Virus record (IMG/VR): IMGVR_UViG_3300018417_000005
Location: 1-64,000 of that record
Length of the DNA: 64,000 nucleotides
DNA from: a virus
Strand: one strand, 5' to 3'
The notes below the pieces were generated by a model that saw nothing but the letters and a program-made list of their open reading frames with translations, was not told where the DNA came from and searched no databases. A program made the position numbers and the translations under genes. This document shows, one piece after another, positions 1-10,448 of this stretch. Numbering within the stretch: the first letter of the stretch is position 1; the number at the start of each line of letters is the position of its first letter.

Positions 1-373
1 ACAAGCTGGCGAAGGAATCGCAGAAGCGATGTTTAATTTTTCAGGCCAAGGTAAGCTCGCACAAACTGAATTATATAGAAATCCTATGCTATCTCCAGAA
101 ACTATAGAGGCTGTACGTCAAAGACAAGCAAGTGCTCAAGTAGACACAAATGCAGCAAGTGCTCAAGTAGACACAAATGCGATGACTAAGCCATCGTCGA
201 TGACTAAGCCATCAAGTGTGCCAAGTACCGAACCAGGCACAACCGCAGTTAATATAGCTGGCAAAAGTTTAGAAGAACTAGTCGGCGAACTAATTGCGGC
301 ACAAAATTCAACAAACAAACTTCTTAAAACTGGTAATACCATAACCAAAGAAGTAAGTGATCGCTTAGAATAA
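1..373 (+). CDS. C-terminal end of a gene starting before the window, possibly tape-measure/tail-associated
   Basis: The frame is open from the window edge to TAA at 373. Low-complexity Ala/Ser/Thr/Pro tail ending in an amphipathic helix (LEELVGELIAAQNSTNKLL). Function is inferred from style and position only. Confidence 0.35.
   Translation, partial: QAGEGIAEAMFNFSGQGKLAQTELYRNPMLSPETIEAVRQRQASAQVDTNAASAQVDTNAMTKPSSMTKPSSVPSTEPGTTAVNIAGKSLEELVGELIAAQNSTNKLLKTGNTITKEVSDRLE
127..213 (+). repeat. In-frame tandem duplications (27 bp x2 and ~18 bp x2)
   Basis: agcaagtgctcaagtagacacaaatgc at 127-153 and 154-180; cgatgactaagccatc at 180 and 198. Confidence 0.9.
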
Positions 374-406
374 GCCATATTAACTGGTTAAAATTCCCCT
401 TTCCTC

Positions 407-414
407 GATAAATA
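407..414 (+). promoter_or_regulatory. T4-type late promoter variant GATAAATA (portal)
   Basis: One base from the T4 gp55 late consensus TATAAATA; the same octamer recurs upstream of about 19 genes in this window. Confidence 0.75.
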
Positions 415-437
415 CAGTTTTAAAAGGAAACATATAT

Positions 438-2159
438 ATGAGCTGGCGCAAACATTTTACACCCTACGATAATTCAGGGTTACCGATTAACATCCAACCA
501 CAAACATCCGGAGAACATTACGGATTAAGTGCGTCTAGTCGGTATAGTAGTTGGCTACCTGAAGTATATGCAGGATCTCCTAATCGCTTAATGCGTTATA
601 TCCAGTACGATCAAATGGATAACGACTTAGAAGTAAACGCGGCATTAGACACTATTGCAGAATTTGGCACACAAGAAAACGATTTTAGCGGATTGCCATT
701 TGCTGTCGATTATAATGAGCAACCAAGTGATACAGAAAGTAAAATTATTGACAAGACACTTTATAACTGGTGTAGACTTAACGAATTCCACAAACGCGCC
801 TTTAGAATATTCCGCAATGTGTGTAAGTACGGTGACCAATTTTTTATTAGAGATCCGCAAACACATGAACTAATGTGGATAGACCCCGCTAACATAGAAA
901 AAGTAATTGTGAACGAAGGTGAAGGTAAGAAAATTGAAACTTACTTTGTTAAAAATCTAAATCCTATACTAGCAGAACAAGTAGCTACAGAAGTTGCGGC
1001 TATTCATACAAGGCCATACGGCAGTGGACAAGGCTTATCGGGTATAATGAGTCCTGTAGGAACATCTGCTGGCGGTAACTATTCAGGCGGAAGCGGCACA
1101 GGTACTGACCAAGGTGTTCCTGTTGATGCAAAACATGTAGTACACATTAGCTTTACAGAAGGTATGGATCAATCATGGCCTTTCGGTGTAAGCATACTAG
1201 AGCCTATTTTTAAAGTATTTAAACAAAAAGAATTGTTAGAAGACAGTATTATTATTTACAGGGTACACAGAGCACCGGAAAGACGTGTGTTTATGATTGA
1301 TGTAGGCAACATGCCTCCTCATAAAGCTAGACAGTACCTTGAGCAAGTGAAATACGAAGTACAGCAAAAACGTGTGCCTAATCAAGGCCCAGATGGATCA
1401 AGTGTTGCTGACTCTGCATACAATCCAATGAGTATGTTAGAAGACTATTTCTTTGCTACAACCGCTGACGGCCGTGGCAGCAAAGTAGATACCTTACCAG
1501 GCGGCGAGAACCTGGGGCAAATAGACGACTTGAGATATTTTAATAACAAATTATTACGCGGGTTACGCATCCCAAGTAGTTATTTGCCCACAGGACCAGA
1601 AGATGGTTCTGCGCAATACAACGACGGTAAAGTCGGTGTTGCGTATATACAAGAGTATAGATTTGCGAAATATGTAGAACGACTACAGAAGCAAATACAA
1701 GAAGACCTCGATAAAGAGTTTAAAATGTATCTAAAATACAGAGGCATCGATATCGATAGCAGTAAATTTAGAGTACAGTTTAACAAGCCTATGAACTTTA
1801 GTAGCTACAGAGAACTACAACTTAACACCGAACGTGCTTCTCTATTCGGACAAATATCTCAAATACCGTTTATAAGCAAGCAGTTTGCGCTTAAGAAATA
1901 CATGGGTCTTAGTGATGCAGAACTTAAAGAGAATGAAGCATTGTGGAGTCAAGAAAACGACTACGCTAAGTACGCAGAACAAAAAGATAATGACTTCGGA
2001 CTAAACAATATAGGTATTAGACCCGAACCTGACGAGTTTGTTGACCCAGACGCTGAGCCAGATTTATCAGGACTTGAAGAGCCTGATTTAGGCGCAGAAG
2101 GGATAAATAATGTTACAGGGACAGGCGGTTTACCTCCTGAAGGCGGGACTACTATATAA
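438..2159 (+). CDS. gp20: Portal vertex protein (T4 gp20-like)
   Basis: Motifs LLEDSIIIYRVHRAPERRVFMIDVGNMP, MLEDYFF, TLPGGENLGQIDDLRYF and LRIPSSYL are typical of T4-like portals. Confidence 0.95.
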   Translation: MSWRKHFTPYDNSGLPINIQPQTSGEHYGLSASSRYSSWLPEVYAGSPNRLMRYIQYDQMDNDLEVNAALDTIAEFGTQENDFSGLPFAVDYNEQPSDTESKIIDKTLYNWCRLNEFHKRAFRIFRNVCKYGDQFFIRDPQTHELMWIDPANIEKVIVNEGEGKKIETYFVKNLNPILAEQVATEVAAIHTRPYGSGQGLSGIMSPVGTSAGGNYSGGSGTGTDQGVPVDAKHVVHISFTEGMDQSWPFGVSILEPIFKVFKQKELLEDSIIIYRVHRAPERRVFMIDVGNMPPHKARQYLEQVKYEVQQKRVPNQGPDGSSVADSAYNPMSMLEDYFFATTADGRGSKVDTLPGGENLGQIDDLRYFNNKLLRGLRIPSSYLPTGPEDGSAQYNDGKVGVAYIQEYRFAKYVERLQKQIQEDLDKEFKMYLKYRGIDIDSSKFRVQFNKPMNFSSYRELQLNTERASLFGQISQIPFISKQFALKKYMGLSDAELKENEALWSQENDYAKYAEQKDNDFGLNNIGIRPEPDEFVDPDAEPDLSGLEEPDLGAEGINNVTGTGGLPPEGGTTI

Positions 2160-2359
2160 TGAAGATCATGGAATTTTACGAGCCAGCAGAAGACCAAGGC
2201 ACTAAAATTAAACAAAACGATACGAGGAAGCACAGGTTCACATTAAAGGAACTAAACAAACTTCGTAAAGTGCGAGAAATTGCTAAAGCCGAAGATATAG
2301 AGCATGGCAAATTTGTAAAAATTATGTATGCTACCCCTGCAGACGATACAGGCTTATAA
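2159..2359 (+). CDS. Small basic head-module protein
   Basis: 66 aa; TAATG overlap with the portal stop; GATAAATA upstream at 2102-2109. Confidence 0.7.
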   Translation: MKIMEFYEPAEDQGTKIKQNDTRKHRFTLKELNKLRKVREIAKAEDIEHGKFVKIMYATPADDTGL

Positions 2360-2467
2360 CTAAAATAAGCACACCCACAAGCCGAAAGTGACGTATGAGT
2401 TAATTTTGGGCTAAAATCACACCTTTTCAACACCTTTTTAACACAACTTTATAAGTAAACAGTAATC

Positions 2468-2475
2468 AATAAATA
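2468..2475 (+). promoter_or_regulatory. Late promoter variant AATAAATA
   Basis: Lies upstream of the AGGAGG RBS and ATG 2517. Confidence 0.6.
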
Positions 2476-2516
2476 CTGGCAAGTTATATTGAACTAAAAA
2501 TTATTAGGAGGCCACA

Positions 2517-3446
2517 ATGTCCCAGAAATTAAACCAAATTCTTGAACTTCTCCTTTCAGAAGACAACGATCGTGCCGAAGAAATGCTACACGAATATGTA
2601 GTATCTAAAGCACGTCAAGAATACGAAAGTATTTTAGATGAAGAAACTGAAATAGATGAAGACGAAGATGATGCAGAAGAAGTAGATGAAACAATCGATC
2701 GCACTGGCGAATTCGAAGACGACATTACTTCTAACTATGATGAAATTGATCAAGAAGAAACATACGAAGACGACATGGAACCAGAAATGGACGACATGGG
2801 CGACGACATGGAACCAGAAATGGACGACATGGGCGACGACATGGACGACATGGACGACATGGGCGGCGAAGGCGATCTAGAAGATAAAGTAGACGATCTA
2901 GAAGCAGAGCTTGAAGACCTTAAAGCTGAGTTTGAAGCACTTATGAGTGACGAAGGCGGCGACGAAGATGAAGGCGAAGATGACTTTGGCGGCGACGAAG
3001 ATGAAGGCGAAGACGACATGGATTTCGGAGACGACGACGAAGAAGAAGTTATGGATTCTGTAGAATACGATCTAGATGAGTCAGACGACGAAGACGAAGA
3101 CGAAGATAGCTTAGAAGAAGCTACTAAGTTCAGCGACAAAGTTAGCGAACAGCCTATGAAAGGCGGTAACCTAAAAGGTTCTGAAGCAGATAACAATCAA
3201 TCACCATTCACTAACGCACCTAAGCCAAGCAAAATTGGTTCAGGAAACGTTAAGCCTGTTAAGATAAACAATGGCGGAGAAGGAAACAAAGGCAATAACA
3301 GCCCTAAAAATTCTAACTCACCATCAAATATCAAAGCGGATCACAAGAAAGCTGGTACCCAGCATAACAGTGGCGCAAACGGTGCTAATACCAAAGATAG
3401 CGGTAGTGAAAACAAAAGCCCATTTACTAAAGTACCTAACAAGTAA
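2517..3446 (+). CDS. Highly acidic prohead core / internal head protein
   Basis: Between portal and protease; Asp/Glu-rich body with a short coiled coil and a Lys/Asn/Gly-rich tail; AGGAGG RBS. Confidence 0.65.
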   Translation: MSQKLNQILELLLSEDNDRAEEMLHEYVVSKARQEYESILDEETEIDEDEDDAEEVDETIDRTGEFEDDITSNYDEIDQEETYEDDMEPEMDDMGDDMEPEMDDMGDDMDDMDDMGGEGDLEDKVDDLEAELEDLKAEFEALMSDEGGDEDEGEDDFGGDEDEGEDDMDFGDDDEEEVMDSVEYDLDESDDEDEDEDSLEEATKFSDKVSEQPMKGGNLKGSEADNNQSPFTNAPKPSKIGSGNVKPVKINNGGEGNKGNNSPKNSNSPSNIKADHKKAGTQHNSGANGANTKDSGSENKSPFTKVPNK

Positions 3447-3469
3447 ATAAGGCGTAAAAGGAGTTATTA

Positions 3470-4093
3470 ATGGCTAGACAGTTATTCGAATATATAGATC
3501 CTACAACATCCGGTGTCCAGATTATGGAATCACAGGATGGTAAAGAGCTATTTATGGCAGGACTATTCATCCAAGGCGACGTAAAAAATCAAAATGGAAG
3601 AGTATATCCTGGAAGCGAAATACAGAAAGCCGTTGAAAGTGTTAGATCTCGTTTAGGTAAAGGCGAAACTGTAATGGGTGAGTTAGATCATCCAGAAGAA
3701 TTACAGATTAACTTAGACCGCGTTAGTCACATCATTACTGATATGCACTGTGATGAAGCTAACGGAATGGGAAAACTAAAAATCATAGACACACCTATGG
3801 GTAATATTGCGAAAGCATTGTTAAAAGCAGGTGCGAAACTGGGCGTTAGCAGTCGAGGCAGTGGTAATGTAAATGAAAGTGGCTTAGTAAGTGACTTTGA
3901 TATTATTACTGTAGACATTGTGGCCCAGCCCAGTGCACCAGACGCTTACCCTAAGACTATTTACGAAAGTCTATTTAATATGCAAGGTGGCGCTGTAATA
4001 CACAGCGTCGCACAAGCAGTTACACACGACAAAAGTGCAGAAAAACACCTGTTGAACGAGGTACATAAGTTCATCAGAGAACTTAAACTATAA
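3470..4093 (+). CDS. gp21: Prohead core protease (T4 gp21-like)
   Basis: Motifs NQNGRVYP, GELDHP, LGVSSRGSG and DIVAQPSAPDAY. Confidence 0.95.
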   Translation: MARQLFEYIDPTTSGVQIMESQDGKELFMAGLFIQGDVKNQNGRVYPGSEIQKAVESVRSRLGKGETVMGELDHPEELQINLDRVSHIITDMHCDEANGMGKLKIIDTPMGNIAKALLKAGAKLGVSSRGSGNVNESGLVSDFDIITVDIVAQPSAPDAYPKTIYESLFNMQGGAVIHSVAQAVTHDKSAEKHLLNEVHKFIRELKL

Positions 4094-4111
4094 AGGAAGT
4101 AGGAGACTACT

Positions 4112-5218
4112 ATGGCAGCATTTAAAGACCTACTTGAAGGCGCAGGACTTACTGAAGAAGCAACGTCCGCACTCCAAGAAGCATGGGATTCTAAAATACT
4201 AGAAGCTAGAGAAGAGCTTACTGCTGAACTACGCGAAGAATTTGCACAGCGTTATGAACATGACAAAGGCAAAATCGTTGAGGCTGTTGACAGTTTCATT
4301 AGCGAAAAGGTTGAAGCAGAAATAGCAGAGCTAGCTGAAGAAAGAGAATCACTTGCACAGCAAAAGGTAAATTATCGCAAAGCCATTGGTGAACATGCTA
4401 AACTACTTGATAAATTTGTAACAGAAATGGTAGCAAAAGAAGTTAAAGAATTACGTGCCGATAGGGCACAAGTTGCAGAACACGTTAGTAAACTTGACGA
4501 ATTTGTAACTGAGTCTTTAGCGGCAGAAATTGCTGAATTCCACGAAGACAAGAAATCATTAGTAGAACAAAAAGTTAAAATGGTTCGACAAGGCAAGAAG
4601 AAACTTGCTGAAGCGAAAGCAGACTTTATCCGCAAAGCGGCTAACAAAGTTGAGAAAACAATCAACAATGTTATCAGCGAAGAGGTTAAAAGTTTCCGTA
4701 AAGACATCACCAATGCACGTGAAAACGATTTCGGTCGTAGAATATTTGAAGCATTTGCTAGCGAATTTGGTACTAGTTACTTAAACGAAAGCAAAGAAAT
4801 CAAAACATTACAACACAAACTAAGCCAGATGGAAACACAACTTAATGAGACAGCAACAAAAGTTACAGCCAACGCTGAAGCTAAGAAGCTTGTTGAAAGT
4901 AAATTGCGTATAGCAGAAGACAAGTACGCTCGTAAAGAGAAACTTAACAGCTTGCTTGCCCCACTAGGCAAGGACAAAAAAGAAATTATGTCAGATTTGC
5001 TCGAATCTGTCAAAACTGAAAAATTAGATGAGTCCTTTAACAAGTACTTGCCTGGCGTTTTAGATGGTGAAACCCCAAGAGTAAAGAAGACATTGTCAGA
5101 ATCAGTGAAGAAAGAACACACTGGGAATAAGGCATCTGCTAAAGCAGTAGAAGCCAATGACGAAACCGCAGATGTAGTCGAAATGGCAACACTGCGCAAA
5201 TTAGCCGGACTTTCATAA
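4112..5218 (+). CDS. gp22: Prohead scaffolding protein (gp22-like)
   Basis: Glu/Lys/Ala-rich coiled coil between the protease and the capsid gene. Confidence 0.85.
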   Translation: MAAFKDLLEGAGLTEEATSALQEAWDSKILEAREELTAELREEFAQRYEHDKGKIVEAVDSFISEKVEAEIAELAEERESLAQQKVNYRKAIGEHAKLLDKFVTEMVAKEVKELRADRAQVAEHVSKLDEFVTESLAAEIAEFHEDKKSLVEQKVKMVRQGKKKLAEAKADFIRKAANKVEKTINNVISEEVKSFRKDITNARENDFGRRIFEAFASEFGTSYLNESKEIKTLQHKLSQMETQLNETATKVTANAEAKKLVESKLRIAEDKYARKEKLNSLLAPLGKDKKEIMSDLLESVKTEKLDESFNKYLPGVLDGETPRVKKTLSESVKKEHTGNKASAKAVEANDETADVVEMATLRKLAGLS

Positions 5219-5231
5219 AAGGAGTAAAGAA

Positions 5232-6371
5232 ATGGCAAACTTATTTGAAAGCAACTGGTCCGCAACCAAAGAAGCACTGTTAGAAGGCGTAACTGGCCAA
5301 CGTAAACAGACGCTGGATGTGGTCCTTGAGAATAGTAAACGCTATTTGTCAGAGGCAGCATCAGCAGGCTCAACGGGTGCAGGATCCGTAGCAACCTTAA
5401 ACAAAGTGATGTTACCACTTATCAGACGTGTAATGCCGTCTGTAATCGCTAACGAACTAGTAGGCGTACAGCCTATGACTGGTCCAGTAGGACAAATTCA
5501 TACTTTGCGTGTACGTTATGCGCAAACAGCCGCTGGCGTAACTGCTGGTACTGAAGCACTTAGCCCATTTGCACTAGCAAACGCTTATTCTGGTTCTCCA
5601 GATGCTACAGCTACCGCTGAAGGCACAGTAGGTAACAAAATGAGCATTCAGATCTTGAAAGAGACTGTTGAAGCGAAGACACGTCGTCTAAGCGCTCGTT
5701 GGACTTTCGAAGCCGCACAAGATGCAGAAGCTATGCATGGTGTTGACGTCGAAGCTGAAATTATGCAAGCTCTTGCACAAGAAATTGTTGTAGAAATTGA
5801 CCAAGAAATTATTGGTTCTCTACGTACTCTAGCTGGTGCTGGTACTACTCTTGACTTCGGTCTTGTTACTGGTACACAAACTTACATCGGTGACCGTCAT
5901 GCGGTTCTAGCGATTGAGATTAACCGAGCGGCAAACAGGATTGCGGCACGTACACGTCGTGGTGCTGGTAACTACATTGTAGTTTCTCCAGAAACATTGA
6001 CTATCCTACAGTCTGCAAGCACTTCAACTTTTGCACGTACTACTGAAGGTTCTTTCGAAGCTCCTACAAACACTAAGTTTGTTGGTACTTTAAACGGAAC
6101 AATCAAAGTATTCGTAGACAACTACGCGGCTGACGGTACTAAAGTACTTGTTGGTTACAAAGGTTCAAGCGAAACTGACGCTCCTGCGTTCTATTGCCCA
6201 TACATTCCATTGATGAGCACTGGTCCAGTAATGGATCCAAACACATTTGAGCCAGTTGTTAGCTTTATGACCAGATACGGTTACAAAGAACTTACTAACA
6301 CTGCTTCATCTCTTGGTAACGCGGCTGACTATGTAGATGCGATTTCACTTGTAAACGTAAGTTTCCAGTAA
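5232..6371 (+). CDS. gp23: Major capsid protein (gp23-like)
   Basis: Motifs LIRRVMPSVIANELVGVQPMTGPVGQI, VEAKTRRLSARWTFEAAQD, FYCPYIPL and FMTRYG. Confidence 0.97.
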   Translation: MANLFESNWSATKEALLEGVTGQRKQTLDVVLENSKRYLSEAASAGSTGAGSVATLNKVMLPLIRRVMPSVIANELVGVQPMTGPVGQIHTLRVRYAQTAAGVTAGTEALSPFALANAYSGSPDATATAEGTVGNKMSIQILKETVEAKTRRLSARWTFEAAQDAEAMHGVDVEAEIMQALAQEIVVEIDQEIIGSLRTLAGAGTTLDFGLVTGTQTYIGDRHAVLAIEINRAANRIAARTRRGAGNYIVVSPETLTILQSASTSTFARTTEGSFEAPTNTKFVGTLNGTIKVFVDNYAADGTKVLVGYKGSSETDAPAFYCPYIPLMSTGPVMDPNTFEPVVSFMTRYGYKELTNTASSLGNAADYVDAISLVNVSFQ

Positions 6372-6397
6372 GATTACATCTTAGTACAAAGCACAAT

Positions 6398-6426
6398 AAA
6401 AAAAGTCCCGCAAGGGGCTTTTTTTT
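6398..6426 (+). terminator. Rho-independent terminator after the capsid gene
   Basis: aaaAAGTCCC-gcaa-GGGGCTT-tttttt: stem, GNRA loop, U tract. Confidence 0.85.
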
Positions 6427-6453
6427 GACTTAAATTTCATAATACAAAAGAAT

Positions 6454-6461
6454 GATAAATA
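6454..6461 (+). promoter_or_regulatory. Late promoter GATAAATA
   Basis: Between the terminator and the AGGA RBS of 6491. Confidence 0.75.
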
Positions 6462-6490
6462 GTTGTATCAACAAACCTTAGGAAGATTAA

Positions 6491-9400
6491 ATGGCTAAGC
6501 GCACGGTTATAGCACCAGATGAAGAATTACTTATTAGTGGTAGGTTAACTATTACTGGTAACGTAACTCAAATAGAAACTACCCAAGTAATAAATAATTT
6601 CGAATCAAATACCGTAGTTATTAATAGTGACGGAGACGATGTTAATTCTCGGCTTGTTCTAAACAGCAACGACAACGAAGCTGTTATAAGCTTCGACAAT
6701 GATAACGACTACTTTCTCTTTAATAAAGACATCCAGGCAAACATAACAGGTAATGTTTCAGGTACAGTAACCACAGCAAATAGCCTAGTATCTCCAGTAA
6801 CAATTACAATAGATGGCGACGGATCAGCAACAGACACATTCCAGAACGGTGGCGACACTGCAACACTTAGCTTGGTGTTAGATACAGTAAATGCTACAAC
6901 AGGTTCCTTTGGTAATGCATCTTATATTCCTAACTTTACAGTTAATGGAAAAGGCTTAATAACTGCCGCTGGCGAAACAGCAGTAAATATCACTTCATCG
7001 CAAGTATCAAACTTTAACACTGCAATTAGCGCATATATTATAGGCGGAACTGCGTTAACAGAAAGCGGCGGAACAATTAGCTTAGACAATACAGCAGTTA
7101 CACCTGCGGCATACGGTTCAGCAAGTAGTGTAGGAACATTTACAGTAGATCAACAAGGTCGTTTAACCGCAGCCGCAACTACGGCAATTAATATTACTTC
7201 ATCGCAAGTAAGTAACTTTGTAACATCATCTAACTCTGCAATCGACGCAAGAGTTACAAAAACTTTTGTAGACGCATTAAACGTAGATGCTGATACGCTC
7301 GACTCTTTAAATTCCCTACAATTTGTTCGTGCAGATTTAGATCAAACATTATCGAATACATATACCTTTAGCGGCACGCTCGAGACTACTGGGGTATTAG
7401 ATGCAACTAGTGGACAAATAATAGCAGTAACCCAAGCAAACACCGATAACAGTTCCAATGTTGCTACAACTTCATATGTTAATACCCGTGTCGAAGACCT
7501 AATAGGCGGCGCACCGGACGCACTTGATACGTTAAGAGAAATTTCCGACTCGTTAGCAAACAATACGTCACTTGCTAACACTCTTATTGCACAAATTACT
7601 AGTGCAAATACAAACATTGATACTAACAACGTAGCAATACAGGCGTTAGAGGATATTACATTAACTGCCGGTAACGGTCTAGTAGGGACTGGTACATTAA
7701 CAGGAGATATAACATTTGATGTCGGAGACGGAGATGGTATATCAGTTTCAGCAGATAGCATTGCTGTAGACTCTACTGTAGTAAGGACAACTGGTACACA
7801 AAGCATAGCAGGCGCAAAAACATTTACAGGAACATTAATAGGTCCAACAGGAACGCCAACAACAGAAGGCGCTATTTACAGAGACGGCAGTGAATACTAT
7901 GCTTATGTTGGCGGAATAGAAAGACGGTTAACTGGTAGTGATGTAGGAGAAGTAGAAGACGTCGGTACTGGCGATATAGACATTTACGCAGGTTCTCGAA
8001 CTGCCGCTAATATTACATACCACGGTATTAAGTCTATAAGCGATTCAACTTATACTACTATAAGTGAAGCGTCAAACGTTATAACAATAGATGGTAATAT
8101 TTCTGCGATACGTACAGGATTTAGTGTAACAGATACAGGTGGGGACGGCTCATTAACTTATACTGCCTCAACAGGTGTATTTACATATACAGGCCCAAGC
8201 GCATCCGAAGTACGCGCACACTTAAGCGGAACAGGATTAATAGGATACGACAGTGGCACAGGCGTTATAAGCACAACTGCTGACAACTATGCTAACTGGA
8301 AATTTGTAACTCCGACAACTGGTAACGTAACAGTAGGCAGCGACGAACTAGTTAGCTTTGTGGCAGGAACAGGAATCACAATTAGTAACAGCGGCAGAGC
8401 TATTACAATTACTAACTCTAATACTGCTGACATTACAGACGTTACTGCTGGCGCTGGTTTAACAGGTGGCGGAACTTCAGGCTCGATTAACTTAGATGTA
8501 GGCGCAGGCGACGGTATCACTGTCGCAGCCGATACAGTCGCGGTTGATAGTACTGTAGCGAGAACAGATGTAGAGGAAGTATTTTTTGCAGACACTGGAT
8601 TAACTGTAACATACCAATGGCGCGGTGACCACTACGTTAACTTAGAAATGGAATCCGATGTAGACGCAAACACAGGTGGCCCGTACAACGGTGGTATAAC
8701 ACTAAGTGGTGGCAACGGTGATTTAGAATTACGAGCCAATTCAGTAATCGGTATGTCGATAGAACAAAGCACTCTTACTACCGCACTTATAGGAAACTTA
8801 ATTAAATTTGGTGGAGATAACACCACAGCACAAACTACGTTAAGAAGAAATAGCACACAAGGATCACTTGCACTAACGGGCGGGTCATCGTCTGCGCTAG
8901 GATCTGCATTATTCGTATACGGGCAAGCTCACGCTACATTAGCAAATGATTTTAGATTTACTGCAAGCGGAACAGAGGTGGTACATAGAGACCACTCTAT
9001 AGGTGCAATTCATTTTGCAGACAACATGATGGTTGGTGCAATGACCCCAGCCCCTGATGGTACACTCCACGTTCATACTGGTAGTTCAGGAAGCGTTACA
9101 CCCAACGCATCAGCCGATGACCTTGTCATCGAAAATTCTTCAAACGCAGGAATATCTATTTTAACTCCAAATGCAAATCTTGGGTATTTAATGTTCGGCA
9201 CGCCAGCAAACAACGCTGGGTTTATTATTGACTGGGATTATTCGAACCTAACTACACGAATAAGAACGAATGCCGCCGGTGCAAATATTAGCCTGCAATC
9301 AGGCAATGAAGCGGAGAATTTAGTACTCTCTGGTGAAATCGGCAGTGAACTTGCTGAGTTTATCGGCGATGTTACCATTGGCGGTGACATTACTGTAATA

Positions 9401-9736
9401 GGTGATACATTAACTAACGATGACGCAAGAGGTTCTGCTAACGTAACAACAACTGCAACTACTGAAGTATCGCTACATACTTTTGCCCACGCAACTTATA
9501 CAACAGGTGAGTATGTGATACAGGCTACTAGCGCAGGCGATAAACACATAACTAAATTGCTAGTAATGACAGATGGCAGTATTGCTAATTCAACAGAATT
9601 TGCAGAGTTGATTTCAAACGTGTCGCTATTCACTGCTAATGTAGATGTATCCGGCGCGGATTGTAGATTACGAATAACACCAGCAAGCGCAACGTCGACA
9701 ACATTTAAAACTTCTTATACATTGATAGAGGCGTAA
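6491..9736 (+). CDS. Long fibre-like virion structural protein
   Basis: 1081 aa, Thr/Gly/Ser/Ala-rich; fibre motifs (FTVDQQGRLTAA, GGAPDALDTLREI, DADTLDSL, AGAGLTGGG); C-terminal beta domain (YTTGEYVIQAT). Confidence 0.8.
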   Translation: MAKRTVIAPDEELLISGRLTITGNVTQIETTQVINNFESNTVVINSDGDDVNSRLVLNSNDNEAVISFDNDNDYFLFNKDIQANITGNVSGTVTTANSLVSPVTITIDGDGSATDTFQNGGDTATLSLVLDTVNATTGSFGNASYIPNFTVNGKGLITAAGETAVNITSSQVSNFNTAISAYIIGGTALTESGGTISLDNTAVTPAAYGSASSVGTFTVDQQGRLTAAATTAINITSSQVSNFVTSSNSAIDARVTKTFVDALNVDADTLDSLNSLQFVRADLDQTLSNTYTFSGTLETTGVLDATSGQIIAVTQANTDNSSNVATTSYVNTRVEDLIGGAPDALDTLREISDSLANNTSLANTLIAQITSANTNIDTNNVAIQALEDITLTAGNGLVGTGTLTGDITFDVGDGDGISVSADSIAVDSTVVRTTGTQSIAGAKTFTGTLIGPTGTPTTEGAIYRDGSEYYAYVGGIERRLTGSDVGEVEDVGTGDIDIYAGSRTAANITYHGIKSISDSTYTTISEASNVITIDGNISAIRTGFSVTDTGGDGSLTYTASTGVFTYTGPSASEVRAHLSGTGLIGYDSGTGVISTTADNYANWKFVTPTTGNVTVGSDELVSFVAGTGITISNSGRAITITNSNTADITDVTAGAGLTGGGTSGSINLDVGAGDGITVAADTVAVDSTVARTDVEEVFFADTGLTVTYQWRGDHYVNLEMESDVDANTGGPYNGGITLSGGNGDLELRANSVIGMSIEQSTLTTALIGNLIKFGGDNTTAQTTLRRNSTQGSLALTGGSSSALGSALFVYGQAHATLANDFRFTASGTEVVHRDHSIGAIHFADNMMVGAMTPAPDGTLHVHTGSSGSVTPNASADDLVIENSSNAGISILTPNANLGYLMFGTPANNAGFIIDWDYSNLTTRIRTNAAGANISLQSGNEAENLVLSGEIGSELAEFIGDVTIGGDITVIGDTLTNDDARGSANVTTTATTEVSLHTFAHATYTTGEYVIQATSAGDKHITKLLVMTDGSIANSTEFAELISNVSLFTANVDVSGADCRLRITPASATSTTFKTSYTLIEA

Positions 9737-9737
9737 C

Positions 9738-10448
9738 ATGGGAACTACTTACGGCCCAAACCCAAACAGTAGCCAAGCTAATTTAGAACTATGTGTAGAT
9801 TTTAGTAATTCTAAAATGTATGCAGGTACTGGTACTACTATTACATCGCTAACAGGATCTGTGGGCAATGGAACATTAGTAGGCGCCCCCACATTTACTT
9901 CGGGCACACCGGGGTATATCACAACAACTGACACACAATATATAAGTTATCCTAATGTTTTTGAAAGCCAAAGTATTACTGTAATTTCATGGGTATACCC
10001 AACATCGCTAACTAGTACAGTAGCAGGAACAGCCGCAAGAATTGTAAGCAGGGATAGAAGCGACTATTGGATGCTAGGTTTAGAAAACGGAGGCGCAGTA
10101 GAGTGGTCAATATATAATAGTGGAGGCTTTAGCTACTGGTTAACACAGACTGCCGTATTTGAAATAAACACATGGCAACAAATTGTTGGCACTTATGACG
10201 GGTCAACAGGTGATCGGCTAGTGTATAAGAACGGTGAAGTAATTGCTGTTAATTCTACATCTACGGCGACTACAATAGGAAATGGTGCGTCACGCCCTAT
10301 TGCTATTAATACAAACGTTGAAGCAACACCGCTAGCGCAATTTGGTATGCCCGGACGACACGGCATGCATTTTGTTTATTCTAAAGCATTAACAGCAGAT
10401 GACGTATTACAAAATTTTGAAGCACATAAAGGACGGTTTGGATTATGA
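9738..10448 (+). CDS. LamG/concanavalin-A-like lectin domain protein, array member 1 (short)
   Basis: ITVISWVYP, WQQIVGTYDG..LVYKNG, YSKALT..DVLQNF..KGRFGL. Confidence 0.85.
   Translation: MGTTYGPNPNSSQANLELCVDFSNSKMYAGTGTTITSLTGSVGNGTLVGAPTFTSGTPGYITTTDTQYISYPNVFESQSITVISWVYPTSLTSTVAGTAARIVSRDRSDYWMLGLENGGAVEWSIYNSGGFSYWLTQTAVFEINTWQQIVGTYDGSTGDRLVYKNGEVIAVNSTSTATTIGNGASRPIAINTNVEATPLAQFGMPGRHGMHFVYSKALTADDVLQNFEAHKGRFGL

Noticed and set aside
2770-3015. CRISPR-like repeat array
   Set aside because: The repeats are in-frame codon repeats inside an acidic ORF, with no unique spacers and no cas genes.
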